The notes beneath the pieces are model-generated. The model made no database searches. It saw only the letters and a program-made list of their open reading frames with translations, and was not told the DNA's origin. The translations under genes were made by a program, and so were the position numbers. A DNA stretch of 64,000 bases from Schmidtea polychroa (Eukaryota): assembly GCA_044892525.1 (NCBI GenBank), contig CM097886.1:85126001-85190000 (forward strand), given 5' to 3'. How positions within the stretch are numbered: position 1 is the first letter of the stretch; each line of letters begins with the position of its first letter. Below, piece by piece: positions 20,001-25,489 of the stretch.

Positions 20001-21302
20001 TTTGTTATCGTTCATATTTCGTCGATTATTAAAGTTGTTCCCATTGTTCGAGTTGTTGCGTTCACTGTTATTCCCGTTTGATCGTCCTTGTGGTGGTTTG
20101 AAAATTTGATGCGCACCTGGTATAAACTGATTCATCTTTGGTTCATGATTATTGTTATCTCCATTTTCCGTTTTCACCGCTGCTGTTGCGATTCTTCCTT
20201 CCTCTTGCATGACATTCATTTGTGCCGGGAGGTGTAGTTCGCATCTTGTGGCCCAATCTATAGCTTCCTCTAGTGTTTTACACATTTGACATCCCACCGA
20301 GGCCCTTACCTCTTCTCGGCGTAGTCCTTCTATGAAGTACCCAATTAAGTTTTCCTCCGGCAAGTTTCCGTTCATGGCCTTCTTTGCCAATCTTCGCAAT
20401 TCACTTGCGTATAACGTAATTGACTCGTTTGCTCTTTGTTTTCTACTTGCCAGTTCACCTAACGCTTGATTTATCGGTTTGCTGGCTCCGAATGTTTTTC
20501 TCAAAAATGTTTTGATGTTTTCCCAATTGTCTAATTTCGTATTTCTTTCTTTTGCTTCCAGATACACTTCGAGTGCGCTATCGCACAAAAACAGAGGCAT
20601 TCGTTTACTAATTGCTTCGGATGTCCATCCACACACATCGATATAGACTTCAAAATTGGTTATGAACGTTGCCAACTTGTTCGCATTCCCGTTGAACGGT
20701 TCGCCTCTAAATTTTTCTTTATATTCGTCGGTTTTTGCTACATTCATCTTGATTGGTTCTTGAAATGCTAAAATTTCTTTTAAATTTTCTAATGATGTAG
20801 CTAAATTATGGATGGATAATTCTTCTGTTGACCCGGTTAGGTTGTTTGTTATATCGGATAGACTTTCTCTACTTCTAGATCGACTGGGCGTATGTCCGGC
20901 TGTGGGGTTTTCTTGATCGTATATCGGTGTTTTGTGGGGTCTTTTTGCTCCTTGTGATATTCCTCTCTGCTGCCTAAATGATCGTCCTCTTTTGAGTTGA
21001 TCTAATTCGTCTCCTGAAAATAATACGTCTCCTGGCTTACTTGAAGATCTAAGGTTGGGTTTATCCGTGATTTTCCTTTTACTCTTTTCTGTCTTTTCAC
21101 GTGGATTTTCTACGGTTAGCGTCTGCTGAATTGGTCGAGTTCGGTTTTGATATTGTCTTCCTTTGTGCGGGTTCTGAATTGCTTTTCCTGGGTTGTTTGT
21201 ATATTCTCTAGATTCCTCTTGAGCTGGTTCTGAATTGACTTGGTTGGATTGATGTCTACAATGAAAATATGATATCGTGTTGCCTTTGCTTACACGAATC
21301 AA
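7008..21302 (-). CDS. 4764-codon Gag-Ubl-Bcl2-Env-PR-RT-RH-IN-ANK-membrane polyprotein (first in-frame ATG at 20747)
   Basis: Uninterrupted ORF of 14.3 kb with the motifs listed in the sub-features. Confidence 0.95.
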   Translation of the reverse strand: MIRVSKGNTISYFHCRHQSNQVNSEPAQEESREYTNNPGKAIQNPHKGRQYQNRTRPIQQTLTVENPREKTEKSKRKITDKPNLRSSSKPGDVLFSGDELDQLKRGRSFRQQRGISQGAKRPHKTPIYDQENPTAGHTPSRSRSRESLSDITNNLTGSTEELSIHNLATSLENLKEILAFQEPIKMNVAKTDEYKEKFRGEPFNGNANKLATFITNFEVYIDVCGWTSEAISKRMPLFLCDSALEVYLEAKERNTKLDNWENIKTFLRKTFGASKPINQALGELASRKQRANESITLYASELRRLAKKAMNGNLPEENLIGYFIEGLRREEVRASVGCQMCKTLEEAIDWATRCELHLPAQMNVMQEEGRIATAAVKTENGDNNNHEPKMNQFIPGAHQIFKPPQGRSNGNNSERNNSNNGNNFNNRRNMNDNKQCRTCGKPGHWDRDCYRNANCNRCGRRGHTENICQSRGCFNCGQPGHISRDCRERSQQQRPPQRNNNYAPNPQRQSNPSEGKQMNVMQEISQMKQMMQQMMRPRQEQVPQQTQNIRMMRSTENLNNYEVQQHAQEWQRLQAEEERIKRERIQQRQEQPLRINMMRMVKEIKEQYCYNYGKNPRVVPMSEPEKPKETIPAAKKENSTTPLKGNQRIQKIFWEKIKDKIERENEQTKTEAEAENNENGKQINHLKHNMIRELDSEELTILENKKLKKVPRMRNLRINMMRTTKKVLSTDDDEDYVSSLGGEMLQLNENIDQLREKIGADEDERESDVTSESEDENIEMKLRKEREEAIKQVKEILPVVVRNQEFIDLIPYKRFLQKIMKLERNEKDLIPNEEKAIIKKYMEKMKQAETTRYVIKIGTSKGLERIWIKNAVTDELFDWIREHLGNSRKKEYLYQYQGEQIKPDMHLIDALIWPGETQILKLYKEKQPANIHEWAKDAKAEYDFNIKLKLEQIKQCTLRRNLDKLIKQIQEQVEDNWDLLIARRTPDMHELMSRLRDTELLRMSDWRTINLIHKYGRLKETQPQKLEITIWLPNEEKRRIKMTNQSTVDDLVTKINQEITEKVRSESSDGMIDDVVMMYDKIILRAEDDTSLSEMGMWDNHQIIRILPMDEFRTRDITYQKEIRDRMKTLYQKSVEIIEIHQQWLREKELQGKIKKLSVRSCRRTPWERTWNAENKEWEIRKGIFVETDIGEIESESEEEEDEPPKYEEDEIESTSDDESETDVTSESETETRHIHAMRKKEREYADMDSEEAMEAREREEKERYKQLGDILATGTKNQKRQVIALANIILKTSENIHNLREMAKAIEEYRQYNEWYPEQLEQIIRKWRNQEWAQDTQERYRIRVKYPDKSIEDTEVHPTTKIRELKKKLAYETPFHLQLFGKSLDDNADVGITPMRLGEINVLTMAETLGKPIKRKSKSSKPTKGSLSTPSPNKVASKTNETEEIEEIILEDSDEGAGERSPILVRWPTGAEIWTTSQPSTSYQQPNKLSIEEIIDNTTETETDEQFQRQKGPTKATPEGQTDKIIDEWNEWLRNNDSSLPRTDNERNPNYENTREAGTMMEKRAKGRPKKQGEKPEFKTREQLKQEQGQVRLEKLDKIVWDLKEAQPTIERGEKWIRELVKDMLIITNPQLRRLWQRKVASVDARQLWNTISGIIPKLIKEKTKTTKTDWEETRRVIEQLTLNANDDEHHLVVLTYLMYNLMGLAARKIPNKQFANHVEMTVTIIENTIEPHIIRAGGWKRLIQAPRKNEQERSMQIRLKKLLNELEWELPLKDPASRKASINSLMMTMMIWMLCTSGAAGFTIYDCDNSIIGERYSLRDIEECRQASPNKLDIVKKKVSYHVYQESDFIRTQARECVVSKKVLAYYCGQYSYSTLILPGLDKEIVPIQREDCKELFRTGAMRIRDGVTIHGQSGMIKTESIYVAGRVKSTDGSCNGGTYTIRGEVISGVVVIESYTVELKEYEAQFDANNYQMKTNPACRATENVCRTGISTIIYEANTQKCRLQLLKSALFNEVKGEIYENEDDDEENGNVRMRNGKPVPPSPKEKRLTTQKTPTALITDDPDIGMRFIREKETTKCDSIVYRTNYAGIYMSRQVIDRAVGKVATEDVKLYLYANNKMDFLFHRGQTTMQKVYYDLIQNDCSLNKEILKTKLAIAITHPDNTMPSLPLPDGHFGRMVGEVMYTYACTKTFARLPRKPTIPPGKCANELEISYKGRNRFVQPVTRIMNPIGFYPNTFNCSNAYGPLYEKPDGKWIMLPVKTEVQEPKKFGLIELATEQDFKPIDVSKAGMYSPEDLETARLNVLFPARRESILSNMVTITGGTNFQSGPNYELLLSPDHFQQATSNMMKAMWGRFLVFGQMMAGILGIILIIQIVRVILTQMLACFDIYKREKKVNWKLIVGFLPFLAKTMVLHGHSKDIHRIKRLIKILTKIKGTDEEVGRRFRKTMYDEATRTQLKKNKPKFLDRFRNRSNSSDSDDDDNGNDKYPYPSRNPNEKPIETAPYWEKEKTNTWIANGSYVPPDIVGQQTALTMTQNMYPQLPSQPGMNYMPTRRTKSVDQADDVRTIAVMSSPGGAAVTVMIQINGKETSAMIDTGANVSAIAINQIPSKCWKDIEQTTIHIIACSKETVDVVGRWWTTLRYQDNEIETYLAVIPKLSEPCIIGTDLMPELFKEVVIDLTTMCLKDKMGRICKMNAIIRCPEKIIVPAKSQMICQIKVDAGMEGEVIFEPSKSFEKRRELPLAREIITINEDGEIPINITNFEEEDKIIYENERLGRLTPMIDIELPKITNETTKADELWIIDSTLLTEKEKERLQQLLIEYKDIFAISDLDLGACDVTLHAIPLIDETPIALRPYKLAEKQKEIAEAEVQKMLDAQVIEPSCSPWQFPVVMVKKKDGTQRFCIDYRKLNAVTKRDTYPLPDINEMLLMLQGAAYFTSLDLKSGYWQIKVKEEEREKTAFTLGRDLYQFRKMPFGLTNAPASFQRCMNFVTHGIKQCMVYIDDLLIYSATFEQHLEDIRNVFVRLRQWKLKLKPSKCDWAKEKVTFLGHIVSAKGKEPDPRNLEKIKTCPAPKTVTQVQEFLGLCGYYRKFIKNYAGIAKPIQELVKKDISFIWGAEQQKAFETLRDKLIEAPILVHPDFKKPFLLATDASGYAAGAILGQLDEEGKERVIGYYSRTFKKHEKNYSVTEREALAIIQAIKHFRYLLWGHEICITTDHQPLVWLGQHKEASSRLMRWAMQLQEYSPFIKFKAGRANANADCMSRFIFPDLVDHEMQRICLMVAEDLDFCQLRKDQQEDTELKQIIEYVKTGKAEVYGKDQKLKEHMDKHRHRYIIEKDWLLIMDGEKRLMCIPENRRKDLLTQYHDGRLGGHMSSKKTLARMKQKYFWPTLTEDVTEWVKNCITCATRKNTGTKWKAPLKPMPVPAEPMTMISMDVVGPLPESDRGNIYILVITDYLTKFPTNYFKIAKLRTSPYHPQTNGMTERFNGTLIQMLSNYVDRHQRDWDEYIKLCLMAYRMSIHASTKMSPFKLMYGRECNMPMDLEYQPPISQYMEIDDYVTKFKERMQEIWETAGLNIKFYQESYKELHDRKKNVKQHTFQTSDWVMIETPELIPGTTKKLQRNGKGPYEILFVGETNVRVRLVNNPFTRPIYVNVARCKPIPKTATSQPEGRTLTTRSQTYRINMLQQINEPTGNRLGLQPSEAEKIIKEVKVKMPGWAEDRLDFEILGGLLTMIENYANRERTHPLLRVVKSQWPILFTITDHYGDTPLHKLLKVGSNEQILETIEAFRDCNISTDQENNQGYTPLMIAANRDKARDIIIALLETGSKITTQDHNQKNALHHAIEGKSTEAFIILVDLISYEDNREIGNMYDGLLTAIKEKLTTITGILIAWRNPIKNDYMVDINETFTKGENTLMREAMRGHHLFEIPNQLLQRGIKFSNHKDEQLIRKRITNFEKAISQFTDKVQVKFWDTVSVLHMMETMNNIRENYLSIIQVLTAEERINSSNKKKIKMKKVKARESEEQVDQPITDIATISKPKTINSDQEIVVRKAKEVFFEEMQDLSDEAILAKITKTVHTYARDQTTNLDIGKIKTFIPLAFTLPTKDSRTPLQQAILAAKENRAITIIRILRDFGEESNAKNEQGETAMMYAAITNIHPKTLHILHQSGSRLDERSNEGNSTMDWATIQPNLEMIRFICKNATRTEVENICKNTSQFQWNTIRMNLEAMKLLLTWRIPQSNKYAININEFYENGENAMVKNTLTKGGTPKIIMIVLNREDLKFTQNLNEQKRIGKHRRIQLRELVKEWNRKRHVATGRKEFELEAKLARNRVLTAYRRLLNDINVEDDILNDSGGDKDDKDDKDDDNNEKGRNGNKEKEKSEENNQENNDASRKKEENNPRNRIKQEEKTNSGKQRVCLLFTNKEMETNMMIMILVLTMVEMITAQGGMRTIKEAKETENKDNKEEELKQEKKKQVQEQQWDLKEEWDLKERCILGRCMSRAYQRLVLKNEDAEPITEVRIQEAYRNREGKRITKVKGKEVHLGKGGEVVITQLQPRKEHKVCIARLRPGEDCLQYVIQQQPPKEYTICIWRKDTARECRRYPGKRGKKRKIDDEKDEQGKRKKNSEKHQDNYVSEEEMEKIQKMAKEGMNEEIARIRGMMKGNGKDGNLKSTEAISTITSKEKAEIISIKQMMWISGIIITGAFLIITGGTIKIIKDRRHHGELEMARIRNFQHRVKRPSNIKQEQWVEAWNAQRPPSSRI
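8330..10200 (-). other. Two tandem ~340-aa modules, each containing ankyrin repeats
   Basis: YGDTPLH, QGYTPLMIAA, NQKNALHHA; DSRTPLQQA, QGETAMMYAA, EGNSTMDWA; matching C-terminal INETFTKGENTLM / INEFYENGENAMV. Confidence 0.85.
10270..11440 (-). other. Integrase with HHCC, first D and E, GPY motif; catalytic core internally deleted
   Basis: YHDGRLGGH...CITC; ISMDVVGPL; TKFP joined directly to TNYFKIAKLRTSPYHPQTNGMTERFN; KGPY. Confidence 0.88.
11500..12780 (-). other. Reverse transcriptase and RNase H
   Basis: RFCIDYRKLN, LDLKSGYWQI, MPFGL, YIDD at 12285-12296; TDASGY, EREALA, TDHQPL, NANADCMSR. Confidence 0.95.
13230..13580 (-). other. Aspartic protease
   Basis: AMIDTGANVS (DTG at 13506-13514) and CIIGTDLM. 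Confidence 0.92.
14050..15950 (-). other. env: Envelope glycoprotein, class III fusogen of chuvirus/mononegavirus type, with internal signal peptide and TM anchor
   Basis: Signal LMMTMMIWMLCTSGAAG|FTIYDC; ECVVSKKVLAYYCG; GSCNGG; CDSIVYRTNYAGIY; FGRMVGEVMYTYAC; CANELEISYKG; TM FLVFGQMMAGILGIILIIQIVRVIL. Confidence 0.8.
16060..16520 (-). other. Bcl-2-like helical domain
   Basis: About 150-aa helical block ending EPHIIRAGGWKRLIQ (BH2-like W/HIxxxGGW); degenerate BH1-like region TRRVIEQLTLNANDDEHHLVVL. Confidence 0.6.
17085..18760 (-). other. Three putative ubiquitin-like (beta-grasp) domains at about 18530-18760, 17980-18235 and 17085-17285
   Basis: Each ~70-80 aa with an N-terminal beta strand, a T(V/I)xxL helix and a late G/Q/D-x-x-L-x-D pattern, e.g. 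YRIRVKYPDKSIEDTEVHPTTKIRELKKKL...LFGKSLDDNADV. Confidence 0.5.
19845..20747 (-). other. gag: Gag: capsid-like region plus three CCHC zinc knuckles
   Basis: PFNGNANKLATFITNFE...MPLFLCDSALEVY; CRTCGKPGHWDRDC, CNRCGRRGHTENIC, CFNCGQPGHISRDC. Confidence 0.92.
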
Positions 21303-21974
21303 TCATTCCTTTTTGCCACATTCAAGCACAGACACCGTTTTAGGGCCTCTGTTATACTTCTCTTCATTTCCCCTCATACACTTCTTCGCGGAATATAATT
21401 ACCCATCAACCCATATTTTTCGTCGATTTTAAATTATCTATTTGGGGTAGTAACAATTATCTATATGGTCGTATAAATTATCTATAGTTATCATTTATAA
21501 TATCGATAGGTCGTCGTCAGTTGCTGCTTATTACCTCCCATATTTTCTTAATCCTTTTACGCGGTTCCGCTATTTTACTTAATCTTTCATCTCTATTTCC
21601 CCTTATTTGGTTCTACTCTGTAACCAAAACAAAATTCGTTTAACCGGTTTAAACCAAAAAAATTCTGTAGAACTTTGTCTACTCATCTGGGATCCCTTTT
21701 AATTAATTAATCACCTTCCTCTTTTACTCATCATTTATTCTCACTTATTCTTTATTTTCATTATCTCTTTAATTCATTTTCCTTTTCAGTTTCTCTTTCT
21801 CACTGGAAAAAAAAATTTCATTATTACCTCCCACGAGCTCGTTTAATCCTTTCTAAATTCAAATACCATATTTCAAACTCACTTTGCTTCTAGCTAGCTT
21901 TAATATTCCATCTCACTAGTAATTTAAATGTTATCAACTTGTAGCTTGAATGCTATCTCACTATTACTTTAGGC

Positions 21975-22660
21975 CTTTACGACTGGCTGGCACTTTTCAA
22001 CAGCTCAATCTTCTTCTCCTGACCGGTTGGACTATTCAACAACTCGATCTTACGACTGGCTGGCACTATTCAACAGCTCAATCTTCTTCATCTCCGAACT
22101 GGCTGGACTTTTCACAGCTCAGTTTTAATTTTTCCTGGCCGGCTGGACTTTTCCAACAGCTCGGCCTTAATATCTCCGACTGGCTGGACTTTTCACAGCT
22201 CAGTTTTAATTTTTCCTGACCGGCTGGACTTTTCAACAGCTCGGCCTTAATATCTCCGACTGGCTGGACTTTTCACAGCTCAGTTTTAATTTTTCCTGAC
22301 CGGCTGGACTTTTCAACAGCTCGGCCTTAATATCTCCGACTGGCTGGACTTTTCACAGCTCAGTTTCAATTTCCCTGACCGGCTGGACTTTTCAACAGCT
22401 CGGCCTTAATATCTCCGACTGGCTGGACTTTTCACAGCTCAGTTTTAATTTTTCCTGACCGGCTGGACTTTTCAACAGCTCGGCCTTAATATCTCCGACT
22501 GGCTGGACTTTTCACAGCTCAGTTTTAATTTTTCCTGACCGGCTGGACTTTTCAACAGCTCGGCCTTAATATCTCCGACTGGCTGGACTTTTCACAGCTC
22601 AGTTTCAATTTTTCCTGACCGGCTGGACTTTTCAACAGCTCGGCCTCAATATCTCTAAAC
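21975..22660. repeat. 80-bp tandem array (about 7 clean units plus degenerate copies), each unit made of two ~40-bp halves
   Basis: ATCTCCGAC recurs at 22172, 22252, 22332, 22411, 22491, 22571; core GGCTGGACTTTTCA(A)CAGCTC alternates with two fixed linkers. Confidence 0.95.
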
Positions 22661-23232
22661 TCTGCATGCTTCCGTTCCTTTTCTGTCTTTATTCTATACT
22701 GTCATCTTCCTATTTTTACTTTTATTTGTCGACTTAATCTGTACCGCTTTGGAAGGTTTCCCCTTTCCCCCCTTGCTTAAAACGCAAAACGATCGCATTG
22801 ATCCATTTCTACATTGGTATGGTGATCAGCCATACCGCAGAAACTTTTCAATATTCGCGATGGTACCTCGCCTTACATCTCTTACTCGGGGTGATCGGTT
22901 GTCCCTTCCCAAATGGTTCCAATATCGTACCTCCCGAAGGTGGCTCGGTTTATTCCCCCTTTAACACTATGATGGGACTAGTTCCACTTTAAATAATCAA
23001 TTTAAATTTTTAAAATGCCCTTTCTTCATGGTGAAAATTATAACAACACAAATCAATTTATAACTTCGTATAATGAATACACAAAAAGGATTTATTAGTT
23101 ATTTACTCCACATTACAGATAATATATGCTATCATTATAAAACATTACCGAATTAAATCAGAACAAAAATATCAAAATGTTTAATCTAATTGTCAATCAT
23201 CCAATTTCCCTCACCGAGCGACGATCGCATAC

Positions 23233-23712
23233 CTAACTGAAGTAGATGGTGTGCTTCTCTTTTATTACACATGTGCACATAGAACAACGGATTAAACCGG
23301 CGGCGCATTCGTCACAATGGCTAAGGTGCCCACAAGGTAGAATCAGAATTTTGACAGGTCGCATCTTGCAACTGTTACAAGTTCTCAAGGCCGCTGCTTT
23401 CTCTACTATTGATGTTCGTATCCGCTGAGACAGAGTTTTGACTCGTTCGCGTAACCTCACATATTCGATGTTCAGAGCGGGGTCGTCGAGACGTTGCTGA
23501 AACCATTGGTAATGAATAGACAAGTCGGTATCGGTATTTGTTGATCCTAATCTGTCGGTTAGAAAGTTTTGTTTGGATATCAGCGGTGCGTTGTGGCTTT
23601 GTTGTTCTAGCAGTTCTATTTGTTTCAGTTTTTCTCTTAATGTTTTTATTGAATCATTTTCTATTTCGATGAACCGGCTTAGCTGTTGTAGATGTTGTCT
23701 AGCGTCTGACAT
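23233..23712 (-). CDS. 159-aa coiled-coil plus IAP-type C-terminal RING protein (no BIR)
   Basis: CNSCKMRPVKILILPCGHLSHCDECAAGLIRCSMCTCVIKEKHTIYFS* has the IAP/MGRN-type RING spacing and terminal xxFS. Confidence 0.85.
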   Translation of the reverse strand: MSDARQHLQQLSRFIEIENDSIKTLREKLKQIELLEQQSHNAPLISKQNFLTDRLGSTNTDTDLSIHYQWFQQRLDDPALNIEYVRLRERVKTLSQRIRTSIVEKAAALRTCNSCKMRPVKILILPCGHLSHCDECAAGLIRCSMCTCVIKEKHTIYFS

Positions 23713-24163
23713 ATCTAAATGAATGTGTTGTTATTATTTGTTCTTACTAGTATTAGCAATAATATTATTACGTTGTATTTAATATTCGTTTCTCTTTTAT
23801 TTGTTATTGTTTCTAGCTTTCGTATTTTATTTAGTCTTTAACAATCCCCGTCGTATTTTTGACTTTAATCATTTAATTTTATTGTCATTACTTTCTTTTG
23901 TCTCCCCTTTTTAATTTAATAAATTAAAATTAAACAAAGTAATTAATTCCCGTTTCCTTCTCTCATCATACTCTATCATATACATTCATACTCATTTAGG
24001 TTCGTTTCATTCACCACATGCTCTATTTCAAACTCAGACAGTTCGTATCATTTTATTGCACTATAATTCGTTTCAACCCCGATTCCGTTTTTATCATAAT
24101 TAATTAAAATGTTAATCTAACACATCATAACACAAAATTAGACAATCAAACAAATCAATATAC

Positions 24164-24181
24164 ATCCCGGCTGAGCCCCCA
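24164..24181 (-). promoter_or_regulatory. Primer-binding site, tRNA-Pro type
   Basis: Plus strand ATCCCGGCTGAGCCCCCA matches the vertebrate tRNA-Pro 3' end ATCCCGGACGAGCCCCCA at 16/18; lies 7 nt inside the inferred LTR end. Confidence 0.8.
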
Positions 24182-24724
24182 AAAATCATGTTGGCGTATG
24201 TGGGGGAAAAGAAAATATATAGGCATGATTATCATACACATCAGGTATCATTATTCTACTCAGACCATTCCCTCACACACTCCAAATGATCATTCGCATA
24301 TTCCCACGTATGAGCCCGTGGTGATGTTCCACGTTGGTACTGCTCACACGGGTTGGAAAGAGTTAGCAGGTGAGCCCCTGCCTTAGGACTACTCCTAACC
24401 CTTTCTCGGTTCGGGTTCTACGGTGCCTTAGAAGGTCTTACCCATTCTTTACGCATCATTCGGTCCGACCCTGGTCCAAAAGGTACGACATTTAAGTTTC
24501 TACTATATATTCATGATCCTTCTCTCATGCAATTCAACCGTAGCAAATCATACATACAATTAACACAATCAAAGAAAATCGAACAGTTATATTAGAACGG
24601 AACATCAAACTACATTCAGCATTGTTTAAATAAATACAAAACATTAAAGATTAGTCACGAGATAACGTCGCTTCTTCAAGTTCGTTCGTAATAGCAGGGG
24701 AATCGAGACCCGAGAGAGAATTGG

Positions 24725-25489
24725 CTACGAAAATGCTTCTCCTTCTGCGAGCATCTCGTCGATGTCAACGGGCAACCGGCGGTCTTCGAGGAATTTGATA
24801 CTGTCGGCCGGAACTACCCGGAATACTTCCTTTGTAGGGATGGAATGGGTAACTGTAATTTCCTTGATAGTCGATTTGGCTGCAGATAACGATGCTTCAA
24901 GCGCGGCCATGGCATTTCTCCGCTTCTGATTTTTTTCCGAACGCGTCAGCCGCTTACGCTTTCGATGGGGGAGTGTAGCTTCTGCTGGGGGCTGAATGAG
25001 GTGTGGCACGAGTACTGGAGCCAAGATAGGGTCCGATGAACCGCCAGCCATAGGTCGATAGCCCGAAAGAACTGGGGCGGGAATTGGCGGCATTTGTGGG
25101 CCATGCCCTTTACAACTGGATGTTGATGAGGTTTCAGCTAATTTGTGGTGCATTGGGAACACGTTAGTCCCATCTTGTATCGGGTACTCGCGAACTCGCT
25201 TTGCTAGTTCTGATTCGGAATACACCTTGTGCAGTGCCTCTGATTGGGCCTTTATGGTTAGCCTCTGGCACCTGCTTTCTTCCAGGAGACTGTCACGGCA
25301 GTGCTCCAAACGCAGAATCTTGCTCTTCTCCTCCTTCATTTGTGGTGGGGAGAACCACGTTCCCTCATAGAGGTCAATTCTCTTCTTCAATTCCCCGATG
25401 TACAAGTGGAGCTGTGCGATATCGGCATTTTTATCAGCACAGGAAAAGCAAGGTCTGAGGGTTTTCCCGGAACTGGTTGAGGTATTCAT
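24725..25489 (-). CDS. LTR-encoded 254-aa protein: CxxC plus coiled coil, Pro-rich segment, basic NLS-like stretch
   Basis: ATG-initiated ORF preceded by TTAACAATTTAG; PCFSC then heptads; HRKRKRLTRSEKNQKRR; no family recognised. Confidence 0.72.
   Translation of the reverse strand: MNTSTSSGKTLRPCFSCADKNADIAQLHLYIGELKKRIDLYEGTWFSPPQMKEEKSKILRLEHCRDSLLEESRCQRLTIKAQSEALHKVYSESELAKRVREYPIQDGTNVFPMHHKLAETSSTSSCKGHGPQMPPIPAPVLSGYRPMAGGSSDPILAPVLVPHLIQPPAEATLPHRKRKRLTRSEKNQKRRNAMAALEASLSAAKSTIKEITVTHSIPTKEVFRVVPADSIKFLEDRRLPVDIDEMLAEGEAFS

Noticed and set aside
7147-20081. Many plus-strand ORFs antisense to the polyprotein, TRAF and Brr2
   Set aside because: Shadow ORFs rich in F/S/L, expected opposite an A-rich coding strand
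21975-22660. CRISPR-like repeat/spacer appearance
   Set aside because: The linkers alternate between two fixed sequences rather than unique spacers; eukaryotic context and no cas genes
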